DNA from: Patescibacteria group bacterium
GTDB taxonomy: Bacteria > Patescibacteriota > Dojkabacteria > J137
Length of the DNA: 64,000 nucleotides
Reading direction: 5' to 3'
Assembly: GCA_016861265.1 (NCBI GenBank)
Contig: BOLA01000001.1
Location: forward strand, 75,569 to 139,568
Below are positions 1-11,500 of this stretch, piece by piece. A program made the position numbers and the translations under genes. The notes under the pieces are model-generated. The model saw nothing but the letters and a program-made list of their open reading frames with translations. It was not told where the DNA came from and searched no databases. Every line of letters begins with the position of its first letter. Position 1 is the stretch's first letter.

Positions 1-2
1 AG

Positions 3-131
3 ATAATTGCGCAGATTCCGGTATCTATAGCAACAGCTTATATAAGCTTCTTTGTTTACCCTAAAATATTAGGAAACCTTTATAGAGGTATTATTAACAA
101 AGAAGAGGAGCTTAAATTCCTAAGAAGTTAA
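3..131 (+). CDS. 3' end of a probable membrane protein (partial, runs off the window)
   Basis: Open frame from the window edge, IIAQIPVSIATAYISFFVYPKILGNLYRGIINKEEELKFLRS, ending at TAA 129-131; hydrophobic stretch. Confidence 0.5.
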   Translation: MIAQIPVSIATAYISFFVYPKILGNLYRGIINKEEELKFLRS

Positions 132-135
132 CAAA

Positions 136-369
136 TTAAGGCAGAATACTGCTAGTTTCAGTATATCTGCCTTTTTTTATAATAATAGGACCCTTAGGAC
201 CATCTACTTCTGTTTCGACCTCTTCCTCCCAAATCCATTCTATATTCTCCTCGCCTTCCTCTTCCTCTTCTATAAAGCCTTCTTCTAGCTCTATATTATC
301 GTCGGAATCCTCATCTGGAATAATATATGCACATTGGTATTTATTGTAGTTTAGTAGAATTTCTGTCAT
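136..369 (-). CDS. Small acidic hypothetical protein
   Basis: 77-aa Glu/Asp-rich ORF filling the gap downstream of the glycosylase; no family recognised. Confidence 0.45.
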   Translation of the reverse strand: MTEILLNYNKYQCAYIIPDEDSDDNIELEEGFIEEEEEGEENIEWIWEEEVETEVDGPKGPIIIKKGRYTETSSILP

Positions 370-447
370 AGAATTAATACGTTTAGTTCTAAGATATTAA
401 CTCTACCCTTAAAAAATCGTCAAACCCTAAATCGCATTTACGTAACA

Positions 448-1308
448 CTATTTTTCTGATATTCTTTTAATATCTTTATAGTTTTCTCGTAGATACTCGA
501 AAAGAAATTGACCAGCATACGCTGTATTTTCTCCAAAATAATTAAAGTACCACTTCCTAAGCTCAGAATATTTTGTTTTATTGTTAATGTTATAAAGTTC
601 AAATAAAACTCTTTGTGCCCAAATATCTATAGGTGTAACTGAATAAAATCCTAATGAAAAAGTTAGTACACAATCGGCAACTTTATCGCCTACACCATTA
701 AATTTTAATAATTCACTTCGTGCGTTTTCTTCTGTTAAAAGTTGCAATTGCTGACCTATATTCTTATTTGCCACAAGGGTTTTTGAAGCTTCTATTAAAT
801 ATTTTGCACGAAATCCTGCTCCACATTTTTTAATTTGTTCTTCTGTTAGTGTAGAAATAACTTCTGGTGTGGGGAAAGTATAAAAATCGAAACCGTCAAT
901 ATTGTATTTAGTTCCATAATTTCTAGAAAGCTCTCTAATAACTTTTCTCACTGCCTTAATATTTTTATGTGCAGTTAAAATAAATGAAAGAAGGGTTTGA
1001 TCAAAGTCTTGTTTTAGAATTTGTACATTCTGAACTTTATTTATTGCAAGTACAATATTCTGGTCCTTACTTATTAAAGAAAGAATCGTATCAAAATTAT
1101 CTTTAAAATTCAGATAGTTTTTAACATATAGGGTATCATCCAAATTCGGGTAGGTTTGCCAGAAAATTCCTTGTTCTGAAGGTATAAGTTTAATAATTTT
1201 ATCTATAGTAAAGCCATAATAAGCATTATTTATAAAATCCCAATTGAAGGCCTGTCCCCCTAAAAGTGTTTTTTCCAGATTGTAGTTTTCTAGCTTTAAA
1301 AAATTCAT
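448..1308 (-). CDS. 8-oxoguanine DNA glycosylase/AP lyase, OGG1-type HhH-GPD family
   Basis: N-terminal TL.GGQAF.W motif, FPTPE, GFRAKY, HhH motif GVGDKVADC with catalytic Lys, PID.W with catalytic Asp. Confidence 0.9.
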   Translation of the reverse strand: MNFLKLENYNLEKTLLGGQAFNWDFINNAYYGFTIDKIIKLIPSEQGIFWQTYPNLDDTLYVKNYLNFKDNFDTILSLISKDQNIVLAINKVQNVQILKQDFDQTLLSFILTAHKNIKAVRKVIRELSRNYGTKYNIDGFDFYTFPTPEVISTLTEEQIKKCGAGFRAKYLIEASKTLVANKNIGQQLQLLTEENARSELLKFNGVGDKVADCVLTFSLGFYSVTPIDIWAQRVLFELYNINNKTKYSELRKWYFNYFGENTAYAGQFLFEYLRENYKDIKRISEK

Positions 1309-1430
1309 ATGTAAAATTATAACTTAAGGGTTCAAATATAAGGCCCATGTACCTAAACGCTCTAAAATATAGTATAATTTCACCTGCATTTAGAGTAGTT
1401 CTTTAGAACTTTGCAAATTGTATTGACCCT

Positions 1431-1501
1431 TCGGGGTTCGTCTAATGGTAGGACAGCAGCCTTTGAAGCTGTTGATTGGGGTTCGAGTCCCTGACCCCGA
1501 A
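1431..1501 (+). tRNA. tRNA-Gln (anticodon TTG), CCA not encoded
   Basis: Acceptor stem TCGGGGT/ACCCCGA, D-loop with TGGTA, anticodon arm GCAGC-CTTTGAA-GCTGT, T-loop TTCGAGT. Confidence 0.93.
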
Positions 1502-1545
1502 GAGTCAATATAATTAAACTCTGTTTTTACTTCTATTTATATTTC

Positions 1546-2505
1546 ATGTTTAAAGATTTAACTACAGCAAAATTTAAAGCAGGTAAGGGTGGAGACGGAA
1601 GAGTATCTTTTGTTTCCAGAAATGCACGCAAACTTTCCGACGGAGGAGTAGGTGGACCTGGAGGTGACTTTTACGTAGAAGGTACAACAAATCTTTATGA
1701 CCTAAGTTTTATAAAAAGAGATGAAGTATTTAAAGCAGAAGATGGTCAAATTGGTGGAACAAACAATTCAACAGGTAAGAATGGTTCAGACTTTACACTT
1801 AAATTACCTGTGGGAACAAGCATATATAATCTAAATGGGGACCTAGTACATAGAATTGAAGAGCCTAATATAAGAGTTAAATTGTTGAGTGGAGGTAAGG
1901 GTGGAAAAGGTAATCTTTCATTTAAATCCCAAGGTCTGGAAGCACTTTATGAGCATACAGATGGTGATCTAGGACAGGAACTTGATGTTAGATTGGAGCT
2001 AGAGCTTATTAGCGATGTAATCTTTATAGGCTTACCAAATGCTGGAAAGTCTTCGATATTAAACGAAATTACAAATGCGAATGCCAAGGTGGCTTCTTAT
2101 GCTTTTACAACATTAATTCCACAACTAGGTAGACTAGATAATATTACATTAATGGACCTGCCTGGATTAATTGAAAAAACATTTGAAGGCAAGGGACTTG
2201 GAACCCGATTTGTAAAACATACAAAATCAGCTAAACTTGTTCTTCATTTTATAAGTCTTGAGAATACCGATTTAATTGAAGCTTACAATACAATAAGAAC
2301 CGAGTTAAAGAATATTGATGATAGACTTTACGAACTTCCGGAAATTATTGTACTTACAAAAACTGATACAATAGATGATATTCAGCAGATAAAAAAGGCT
2401 GAAGATCAATTTAAGAAACTTAATAAGAAGGTTATTTCTGTTTCAATTGCTGACGATAACAGCCTTGACCAATTAACGACGATAATCAAGACCTTCTTTA
2501 ATTAA
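1546..2505 (+). CDS. obgE: GTPase Obg/CgtA, short form without C-terminal extension
   Basis: Gly-rich Obg fold (AGKGGDG, DGG.GG.GG, GGKGGKGN), G1 GLPNAGKS, YAFTTL.P, DLPGLIE, TKTD. Confidence 0.95.
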   Translation: MFKDLTTAKFKAGKGGDGRVSFVSRNARKLSDGGVGGPGGDFYVEGTTNLYDLSFIKRDEVFKAEDGQIGGTNNSTGKNGSDFTLKLPVGTSIYNLNGDLVHRIEEPNIRVKLLSGGKGGKGNLSFKSQGLEALYEHTDGDLGQELDVRLELELISDVIFIGLPNAGKSSILNEITNANAKVASYAFTTLIPQLGRLDNITLMDLPGLIEKTFEGKGLGTRFVKHTKSAKLVLHFISLENTDLIEAYNTIRTELKNIDDRLYELPEIIVLTKTDTIDDIQQIKKAEDQFKKLNKKVISVSIADDNSLDQLTTIIKTFFN

Positions 2506-2506
2506 G

Positions 2507-5500
2507 CTACATTTCAAATTTACCCAATGCTTCTTCGGTTTTTCTCATTGGGAATTCAATAGTAATTTGTTGCTTGTTTTTTACTTCAACTTTAACTAAA
2601 GTTTGGCCTGTGGCACTATTGAATCTTTCATATTTCTTACTTAGTCTATCTGTATCTAATTCATAACCTGCTGCATTAACCTGTAAATGATAGCTTCCTG
2701 GCTCTAGCTTAAATCCAAATCTTCCTTCTTCATCGGTAAGTTGAACATCTATTTGTCTTCCTTGGTTTATATCGAATACTCTTACACTTGCACTCTTTAT
2801 TCTATTAAAGTTAGTACTATCGAACACATAACCCCATTCTCGTTTTCGAGCATTAAGCAGGATTAATACTAGTAATTGAATTAAGTAGACACTTGCTACA
2901 AAGTAGTTAAAGATATTTGGTGTTGTAACTAGTGCAACAACAGAAACTATAAAACCTACAATAACTATAGAATTATTTATTCTAGGTAAGTTTCTCTTTG
3001 CTTTCTCTCTAAATCTTATTAACAAATCCTTAAATGTATTCTTTTTAACTGTATTTCTATTTAATCCAATATTTTTTGCTGCAATTCCTTCGTTTTCGTT
3101 AATTGTTATTTCAAATTTCTCGAAATGGTAATCTGCGTGTTTTACTTCTAGGGTATAGGTACCTTTATTTACTAGGAATCCATATTTACCGTCAAATCCT
3201 GTTACTATTTGCTTCTGAATCTTACCCACCTCATCGTAAATTCTTACTTGAACAAATGGTATTGGTTCTTTACTAACTTCGTCGAACACTACTCCCCAAG
3301 TGCTTTTTCTTCTTCGTTTTCCTATCCATGGGATTGCATAAATTACCATTCCAGGATAAGTAGTTATATTAATAATTCCAGTAGCAATTGTTGTAATAGT
3401 TAATATTACAGGGACTACATTCTCACTAATTAGTTCAACATTTTTGTTTGGATAGTAAGGCAAGTACTTTGCTAGCGGCACTACAACATTCTCCACACAA
3501 GTTCGTTCAACACTAGCACAAATAATCTGATAATACATATCTCGCTTTCCATCCAGATTCGATAAATCAAGAGTAGCGGTATGATTCATTAGTTTTTTAT
3601 CTTCAGAGAATATATAGCTTAGATTCTTTGAATCGTTGCCGTAGTGAATTTTGCAGATTGTTTCTTCGGCAGTGTTAAATCTTATAACGGCTTGACCGTT
3701 AGAATTAAATGCATACGAATTTGCATTATTAATACATTGTCTTGCCTCGCTTACAGGAACAATTTCCCCATTGCCGGTTACGAATGTCCCTTCCTCTGAT
3801 GCGTTTTTACCTGCATTTGAAGTTGCGTTTATTCTAAAAATATATTGAGTATCTGATTGAAGATCATTAATTGTTGTACAGTGATTTTCGACATACTCTG
3901 TTTCCTGCTCTGTGGAATTAGTATATATTTCGGTTGAGGCAATTCCATATTGAATTGTTCCTACAGTAGCAATATTTGTCTTCCAGCATACTCTCTGTGA
4001 TGTTGAACTTAATTGTTCCGTAATTATATTCGTGATTTCTATATCAGCCAGACAGATTAATTGATTAGGATTTTCGGCACAAATATTATTTGGATTAACT
4101 AAAATATTTGTACTTACTGCTTTTAGTAATGTGTTCTGATTATCTTGCACTGTAATAGTATAAATTCCAGATTCAACAAATTTAGCTCCGTTATTAAATA
4201 CTTTCTTTCCTGAATCATCTGTACCAAATGTGTATTCAACTGGCAAGACGGCACTTGCAGAAGTTGAGCTGAAGCCAACTGTACCTTTATAAAAGCCGTC
4301 ATTAGTGTTTTGGGCATTTAGTGCATCTACCGTTAGATCAATAGTATCTCCAATTTTTATACTTGTATTGCTTGGTGTAATCTTTAGGCTCTGAGTAGAA
4401 TTTGCTACGTTTATTATTATGGTATCTGTTAGTGAATCCACAAGAATATCTTTTACTGTTAGGGTAAACTCTCCGGCTTTAGCAAATACTAGCTCATCTT
4501 GGAATTCGTGAACACCGCTATCTTCAATTGTGTATTGATAGTTATTAGGTAGAGTTATATTTGGACTTGCATTAGAGCTAAAGTTTACTGTGCTGAAATA
4601 ATCATCTACAATATTCCCCTCTTCATCTTTTGCAGTAACTTTAACCGTAACTGAGTCACCAACAAGAACTGAAGTAGCCTCACTTTCAAGTTCCAATGTT
4701 GTCGCATCTGATTGAGGTAAAGGCGGATTAACTTTTATTGGTACTGTTGTTGCTGTTAGGGAATTATTATTAACATCGGTTACAGTTACTGTATAAGTTC
4801 CTTCCTGAGTAAATACTAATCCTCCCACAAATTCTCTTAGTCCATTATCGATTAATGTAAATGTGTAGTTTAGAGGAAGAATTGCTTCTTCTGCAGCTGT
4901 TGATGTAAAGGAAACGGTACCTCTATAATAAGTATCAGGCTGACTTAACCCATTTAAACCACTTACTGTTAATGTAATTGGATCTCCTGCATTTACCTCT
5001 GTCAGGTTTGGCACAATGCTTAGACTCTGAATTGAAGGGTTAACCGTTATAACTTCTGTAGTGTCTGTAATGCCTCCGTTCGATGTATCAGTTACAGTTA
5101 TTGTATAAGTACCAACTTGATTGAACACAACATTGTTGAATGTATGTTGTCCGCTATCACCACCGTTAAATGTATAGTTGCCAGGTAAATTTACAGTACC
5201 TCCTGCAGTAGAACCAAATGTAACAGTTCCAGTATAGTTTGGATAAATCTCTGAATATTGATCGAATGCCCTGATTACAAGATTAAGTGATTCACCTTGT
5301 ACTACGGTTGTTTTGCTAGGAGTAATGGTTATATCCTGCATTGCTGCCGGAGGCAGATTAACTGTAATTGTTGCAGTTGTAGCAGTTAGAGAAGTGGATG
5401 CAGTATCACTAACTGTTATTGTATAAGTACCTGCTTGTGTGAATACAACTTGATCAACAAAGGTATGTGTACCATTATCTGCTTCTGCGAAGACATAATT

Positions 5501-8500
5501 ACTTGGCAAACTGCTATTACCGTTAGGAGTATTGCTAAATGTTACCGTTCCTGTATAAGTTGGGTCGTTTTCATTAGAACTATTCTTTGCATTAACCTGA
5601 ACTGTAATTGGTTCACCTACAATTACAGTAGTTTTGTTAGGTATAATTTCTAAACCAACCGTGTTCGATACAACAAAGTCTGCTTGATTACTTGCATTAT
5701 TACCAAATTCAGTCCAAGCACCTAAGACGTTTGTATCCTGATTTAATACTCTAGCTCTCCATTTGTATTCATTTCCAGGAATAAGTCCTTCCACACTTAC
5801 TTCTGAAACTAATGGAATTCCACCCGAGTATTCAAGTTCAGGTGCATTATAAACACCTGCAAAAACAGTATTGCTATAATCAGGTTTAATTTCTCCTCTT
5901 AGTAAATTAGCGGCAGTAAATGTTTCGTTTAATCCTACCACCTCAAATTCTGCTACTAAGGATTGCGGATTACCTACATTTGCTCCTGGATCACTCACAC
6001 TGGCTTTAAGTTTAACAATATTCTCACTTGTTAATCCTCCAACAGGGATATTAGTTTCACCATCAGTCTTATATTGATCTTTAAAAGATGGTGTTGCTGG
6101 AATACTTGTAATTGCGGGATAAGTTCCAACTTGTCCACTTTGACCTCCTACAGATGTTCCATTTGCTATTGTTACAGTCCCTGTTGCTTCACAAGGTCCT
6201 TGAGTATATAGGATCGAGACCCTTCCACCACCACCTCCTCCTCCATCAAATGAATCGTCACCTCCATTACCACCTCGAGCATTTAATGTACCTGTTATAG
6301 AACAGGTTTGTCCTTCTACTAATATCGACCCTCCGGCTCCACCACCTCCTCCAGGAGAGGCTGTTCTTCCATTTTCCCCACTAACGTCAATTGTTCCTTT
6401 TATTAAGACATTACCAGTCCTCGCTCTAATTGCGACTGCACCACCACCGGCTCCCCCTGCTGCACCTGTTCCTGCCCTTCCTCCTCCTGAGCCGATTGTT
6501 AGCGGAGCTCTTTGATTACCATAGAATGTTCCTCCTTGTGCACTTGGGTTAGTTCCGTCTCCCTCACTTTGTCCACCTGAACCTCCGTGTCCGCCTCCAG
6601 CTCCTCCTGATTGACCTATACCATTGCTACCTTTTCCAACCCCACCACCAGATGGGAATCCCAGAGCTTTTGCATTAAAGGTTGCTCCCGTTTCTAAGGT
6701 AAAGTTTCCAGTTAGATAAAAGACAGGTCCTCGACCTCTCTTGTCATTAAATTCAATCCAGGAGTATGTATTTTTATATATATTAATCTCAGTTGCATTT
6801 AAAGCTCTTGGATACATAAATACTTCATCTATTACTCCTACAAAGCCTGTTGAAGAACCTAACCCTCCTTTTCCTATTGAAATCTTTGTAATAGGAAGTG
6901 TGTAATTAGTTTCTAAATTTTGCGAAATAACTTCATTACCATCTACATAGATCTTTCTTACGCCGGTTGGCGCGTCATATGTGGCTACTATATGTCTCCA
7001 TTGATTTTCCGGCAAATAATTACTGCTTCCATAAACCCTAATCTCTGCTAAATTCAAATAATCTGAATTTAGTTTAGTTAACCTAACATATCTAGTATTA
7101 ACTGGGGAGAAATTATATGTACTTGGTCTACCTACAGTTTGTCCTGATAAATTTAATACCTCAGTTTGTTCCCCAGTAAATGCTCCAGTATCCGAAACTT
7201 CAATTTTAAATGCAGTAATTCGAGCTTGGCAACAATCACTTCTATTCCAAATATCTATTTTGCTTATTGTATTAATTGCTCCTAAATCTACTTGTATCCA
7301 TTCGCCAACTCCATTACCAGAAGAATGACATACATTTGATAAGTTACCATCAAAACACACACCACCACCGTTAGCAGCAATATTATTTTGATATACAGAA
7401 CTCATTGTGGCTGATTTTCCTGTAGAAATAACACCTGTTGATAATTTAGATGGCCATTCAAATCTTAAATTACCATTATCATCTATATCTAAACTGCTTG
7501 TTGTTGCAATATTATTAAAATTGATTAACTCTTCAGCATCTGAACTGTTTGCAGTAAACTGTTCTAATTTAGCCCACATACCTACTGTAAAGCTTGTTAC
7601 ATTTAACGTTTCTAAATCAATTTCTGCATAATTACTTCCATTAAGTTCTAAGCCTTTTCCAACCCTTCCTTCCATCGTTCTGTTTGATCCAAAGGAGTTT
7701 AGATGCCTATTATTTCCTGAGGCATCACAGTAATCCCCTCCATTTGCACAATTATCATCATTTTCTTCTTCAAAATTCCAGATAGCTAATGCATCTCCAA
7801 TATTTTCAACATTACCACCTTCAGACAACGTTTCATTGCTTCTTAATGCTAAATGATCTTGTCGCATTGTTGAATAAACGTTTGTACCGATGTAAACATT
7901 GTTAAAGTAATAGTCTCTTGCTTCAAATGGCATAGTTGTACCTCCCGCCCCGGCATTATCTATGTATAGATCTCCTCTTTTGGGATCAACTACACCTTTT
8001 TGTTCAATATAAACGGTTCCTGGACCGCCACCTCCTCCTCTAGCATAAATATAGTTATATACTGGATTACTCCCTAAATTAGTAAAGTAATTTCCATTTG
8101 AATAGTAAAGAGCAACTCTACCTCCCGATGGATACCCTCCACCACAATTATATTGTGCTGTTCCATTCGCTCTTACAATACCTGTTGTGCCAGTAGAATT
8201 TAATGTATTTGTATCTATCCAAATACTTCCACCTGTACCCCCTGTTCTACCGCAACTTCCTCCAACAGATGCACCACCAGCTGAAGTAATAATTCCATTT
8301 AAATTGAATGTATCAGAAACTGTTAGCTTAATTGCTCCTCCCCCATTATTTCCTCCTACATTTCCTGGAGCACCTAAATCTTTAGGTTCAAATATATCTC
8401 CGTATGGCTCACCCCCTCCATTACCGTAACCACCGTAACTCATGTATTTACCTGCAGAAGTTCCACTTCCATATCCTTGGTTATCAGCTGTAATAATACC

Positions 8501-11500
8501 TCCTGTATTTAAATCTATATTTTCGGCTACAACATGAGTTCCATAATCGCCATCAGTTCCACTTACTCCATCATCATAGCTGGTCAGTGTTAACACACCA
8601 TATTGTCCAATAGTAATCTTTCCAAATGTATAAGGAGTATTTTTATCGTGTGCCCATGTTTTTGCTCTTAAAATCATTCCTCCAGGAGAAACATTACCTA
8701 AGGTAAAATCGTCTCCATTAACAAGTTGGATGTCTCCATTAATATCAATATCCATTCCATTAATGAATAACTCATCCTCACCTGTGTATAAGAATGTTCC
8801 TCCAACGGTAAAGTCGGGAGAAGAGTTGTCACCCTTCAATGAAGCACCGCTTGTAACAGTTAATATACTGCCTGTACCTAATAACTCAACATTCCCATAT
8901 CTAGTTAAGGTAATTTGGTTAAATTGATAGTTTCCTGCCTCTAAACCAGCTCTCCAGCTATTGCTTCCAGCGTTGTCTACATACAATTTCGCACCTTGTG
9001 ATTGATCCACTCCTGTTTGCTCTACATAAATAGTTCCTGGACCTCCTCCTCCTCCTCTTGCTTGGATGTAATCAGTAAGATTGCTTGCCCCCATGTTTGT
9101 AAAGTAGTTTCCGGTTTCGTAGTAAATAGCAACTCTGCCACCTGAAGGATAAGCACCACCACAGTTGTATTGTGCTGTTCCATTTGCTCTAATAATACCT
9201 GGAGTTGCATCAGAATTTAGCTCTCCTGCCTCTATCCATATACTACCTCCTGAAGCTCCTGCTCTACCACAACTTCCGCCTACTGATGCACCACCTAAAG
9301 AACTAATAGTTCCATTTACCGTTAATAGATTATTAACTTTTAGTCGAATAGCTCCTCCTCCTCTATTACCGCTCGCTCCCCCAGAAGCACCAAGATCCTT
9401 TGGTTGGTAAACACTTCCATATGGAGTAGCACCAGTAGTACCATATCCTCCGTAGCTCATGTATTTACCTGCAGAAGTGCCTGAGCTATAACCTTGGTTG
9501 TCAGCAGATATAATACCTCCAGATGCAACGTTAATACTATCTGCTGTTAAAAATACTCCATAATCTCCAGTAGTACCTGCAACACCATCATCAAAACTGA
9601 CCATAGTCATTGTTCCGTATTGCCCTACACTAATATCTCCAAACGTATATTGATTAGTATTATCGTGAGCCCATGTTTTTGCTCTTAAAGTTAAACCTCC
9701 TGCAAGAGATGTTCCTAGGTTAAAGTCATCACCATTCTCTAATAATATTTCACCTTGAATATCAATCTTTACTCCATTTATAGATAAAATCTCTTCACCT
9801 GTATATCTAAAGGTTCCTGCTACGGCTAAGTTAGGCGATGTAGTATCTCCTTTTAAGGAAGCTCCATTACTTACTGATAAAATACTATTATTTCCCATTA
9901 CAGTTAAATGGCCATATCTGGTTAAGGAAATCTGATCAAATTCATAACTTCCTTCTACCAAACCCGCAGACCGCCCATTTGCACCTGCATTATCAACATA
10001 TAGCTTAGCACCTTTAACTGGGTCGACCCCCACTCTTTCAACATACACAGTACCAGGACCACCCCCTGAAAGACCTCTTGCTTGAACATAATCAGTAACG
10101 TTGTTACTACCCATATTAGTAAAATAGTTACCGTCGTTATAATAAACAGCAACTCTACCTCCAGAAGGATAAATTCCACTACAATTATATTGAGCATTCC
10201 CATTAGCTCTAATTATACCTGGAGTAGAACCAGATACTAAATTATTAGCATTAATCCAAATACTACCTCCTGTACCTGCTGCTCTTCCACAGCTTCCTGT
10301 TACTGAAGCTCCTCCAACAGAGGAAATTGTTCCATTTACAGTAAGTGTATTACTTACGTTAAGTTTAATTGCACCGCCTCCGTTGTTTCCTCCAACACTA
10401 CCAACTGCTCCTAAATCGGTTGGTTCGTAAACATTTCCATATGGCGCTGCTCCATTTGTCCCATATCCACCATATCCAATACTTCTTTCTGTTGTATAAC
10501 CTTGATTATCAGCTGTTATTAATCCACCTGTTTGAATATTAATATTTTCTGCGTTTAAAGTTACGCCATAGTCATTTGTTGTTCCTGCTACACCATCGTG
10601 CGTACTTACTAAAGTAATTACACCAGAAGTACCTACTGTAATGTTTCCAAATGAATATTGATTATCTTTATTATGAGCCCATGTTTTTGCTCTAAATATA
10701 ATTCCTCCAATTGCACTATTACCTACAGTAAAATCATCGACATTCAATAATGAAATTTCACCCTGAATATCAACATCAATTCCATTGATATATAACTCCT
10801 CTTCACCTGTGTATCTAAAGGTTCCTGCTACACCTAAGTTGGATGATGTTGTATCACCTTTTAGGGACGAACCATTACTTACCGTTAAAATACTGTTATT
10901 ACCTAATACTGTTAAATGTCCGTATCTTGTTAATGTAATTTCATCAAATTCATAACTTCCTTCTACTAAACCTGCTGCCCATCCATCAGAACCTGCATTA
11001 TCTACATAAAGTTTTGCACCTTTTACTGGATCTAGGCCTAATTTTTCAATATAAATTGTCCCTGGCCCTCCTCCAGATAAACCTCTTGCCTGTACAAAAT
11101 TAGTTAGATTTGCACTTCCTATGTTAGTAAAGTAATCACCTCCAGTGTAGTAAATTGCAACTCTTCCTCCAGATGGGTAATGACCGCTACAATTGTATTG
11201 AGCATTACCATTAGCAGAAATAACTCCTGCTCCAGATCCATTTATTTGATATGCTTCTATCCAAACACTTCCTCCTGAACCTGCTGCTCTACCGCAACTA
11301 CCACCTACTGCAGCTCCACCAGTAGAAGAAATTGTTCCGTTTACAGTTAATTCATTTCCAATTACCAAATGCATTGCACCTCCACCTCGATTTCCACCTG
11401 CACTGCCAGACGCTCCTAAGTCCTTTGGTTCATAAACATCTCCATATGGAACTGCCCCAGTTGTACCATAACCTCCATATCCTAAATATTTGCCTGCAGT

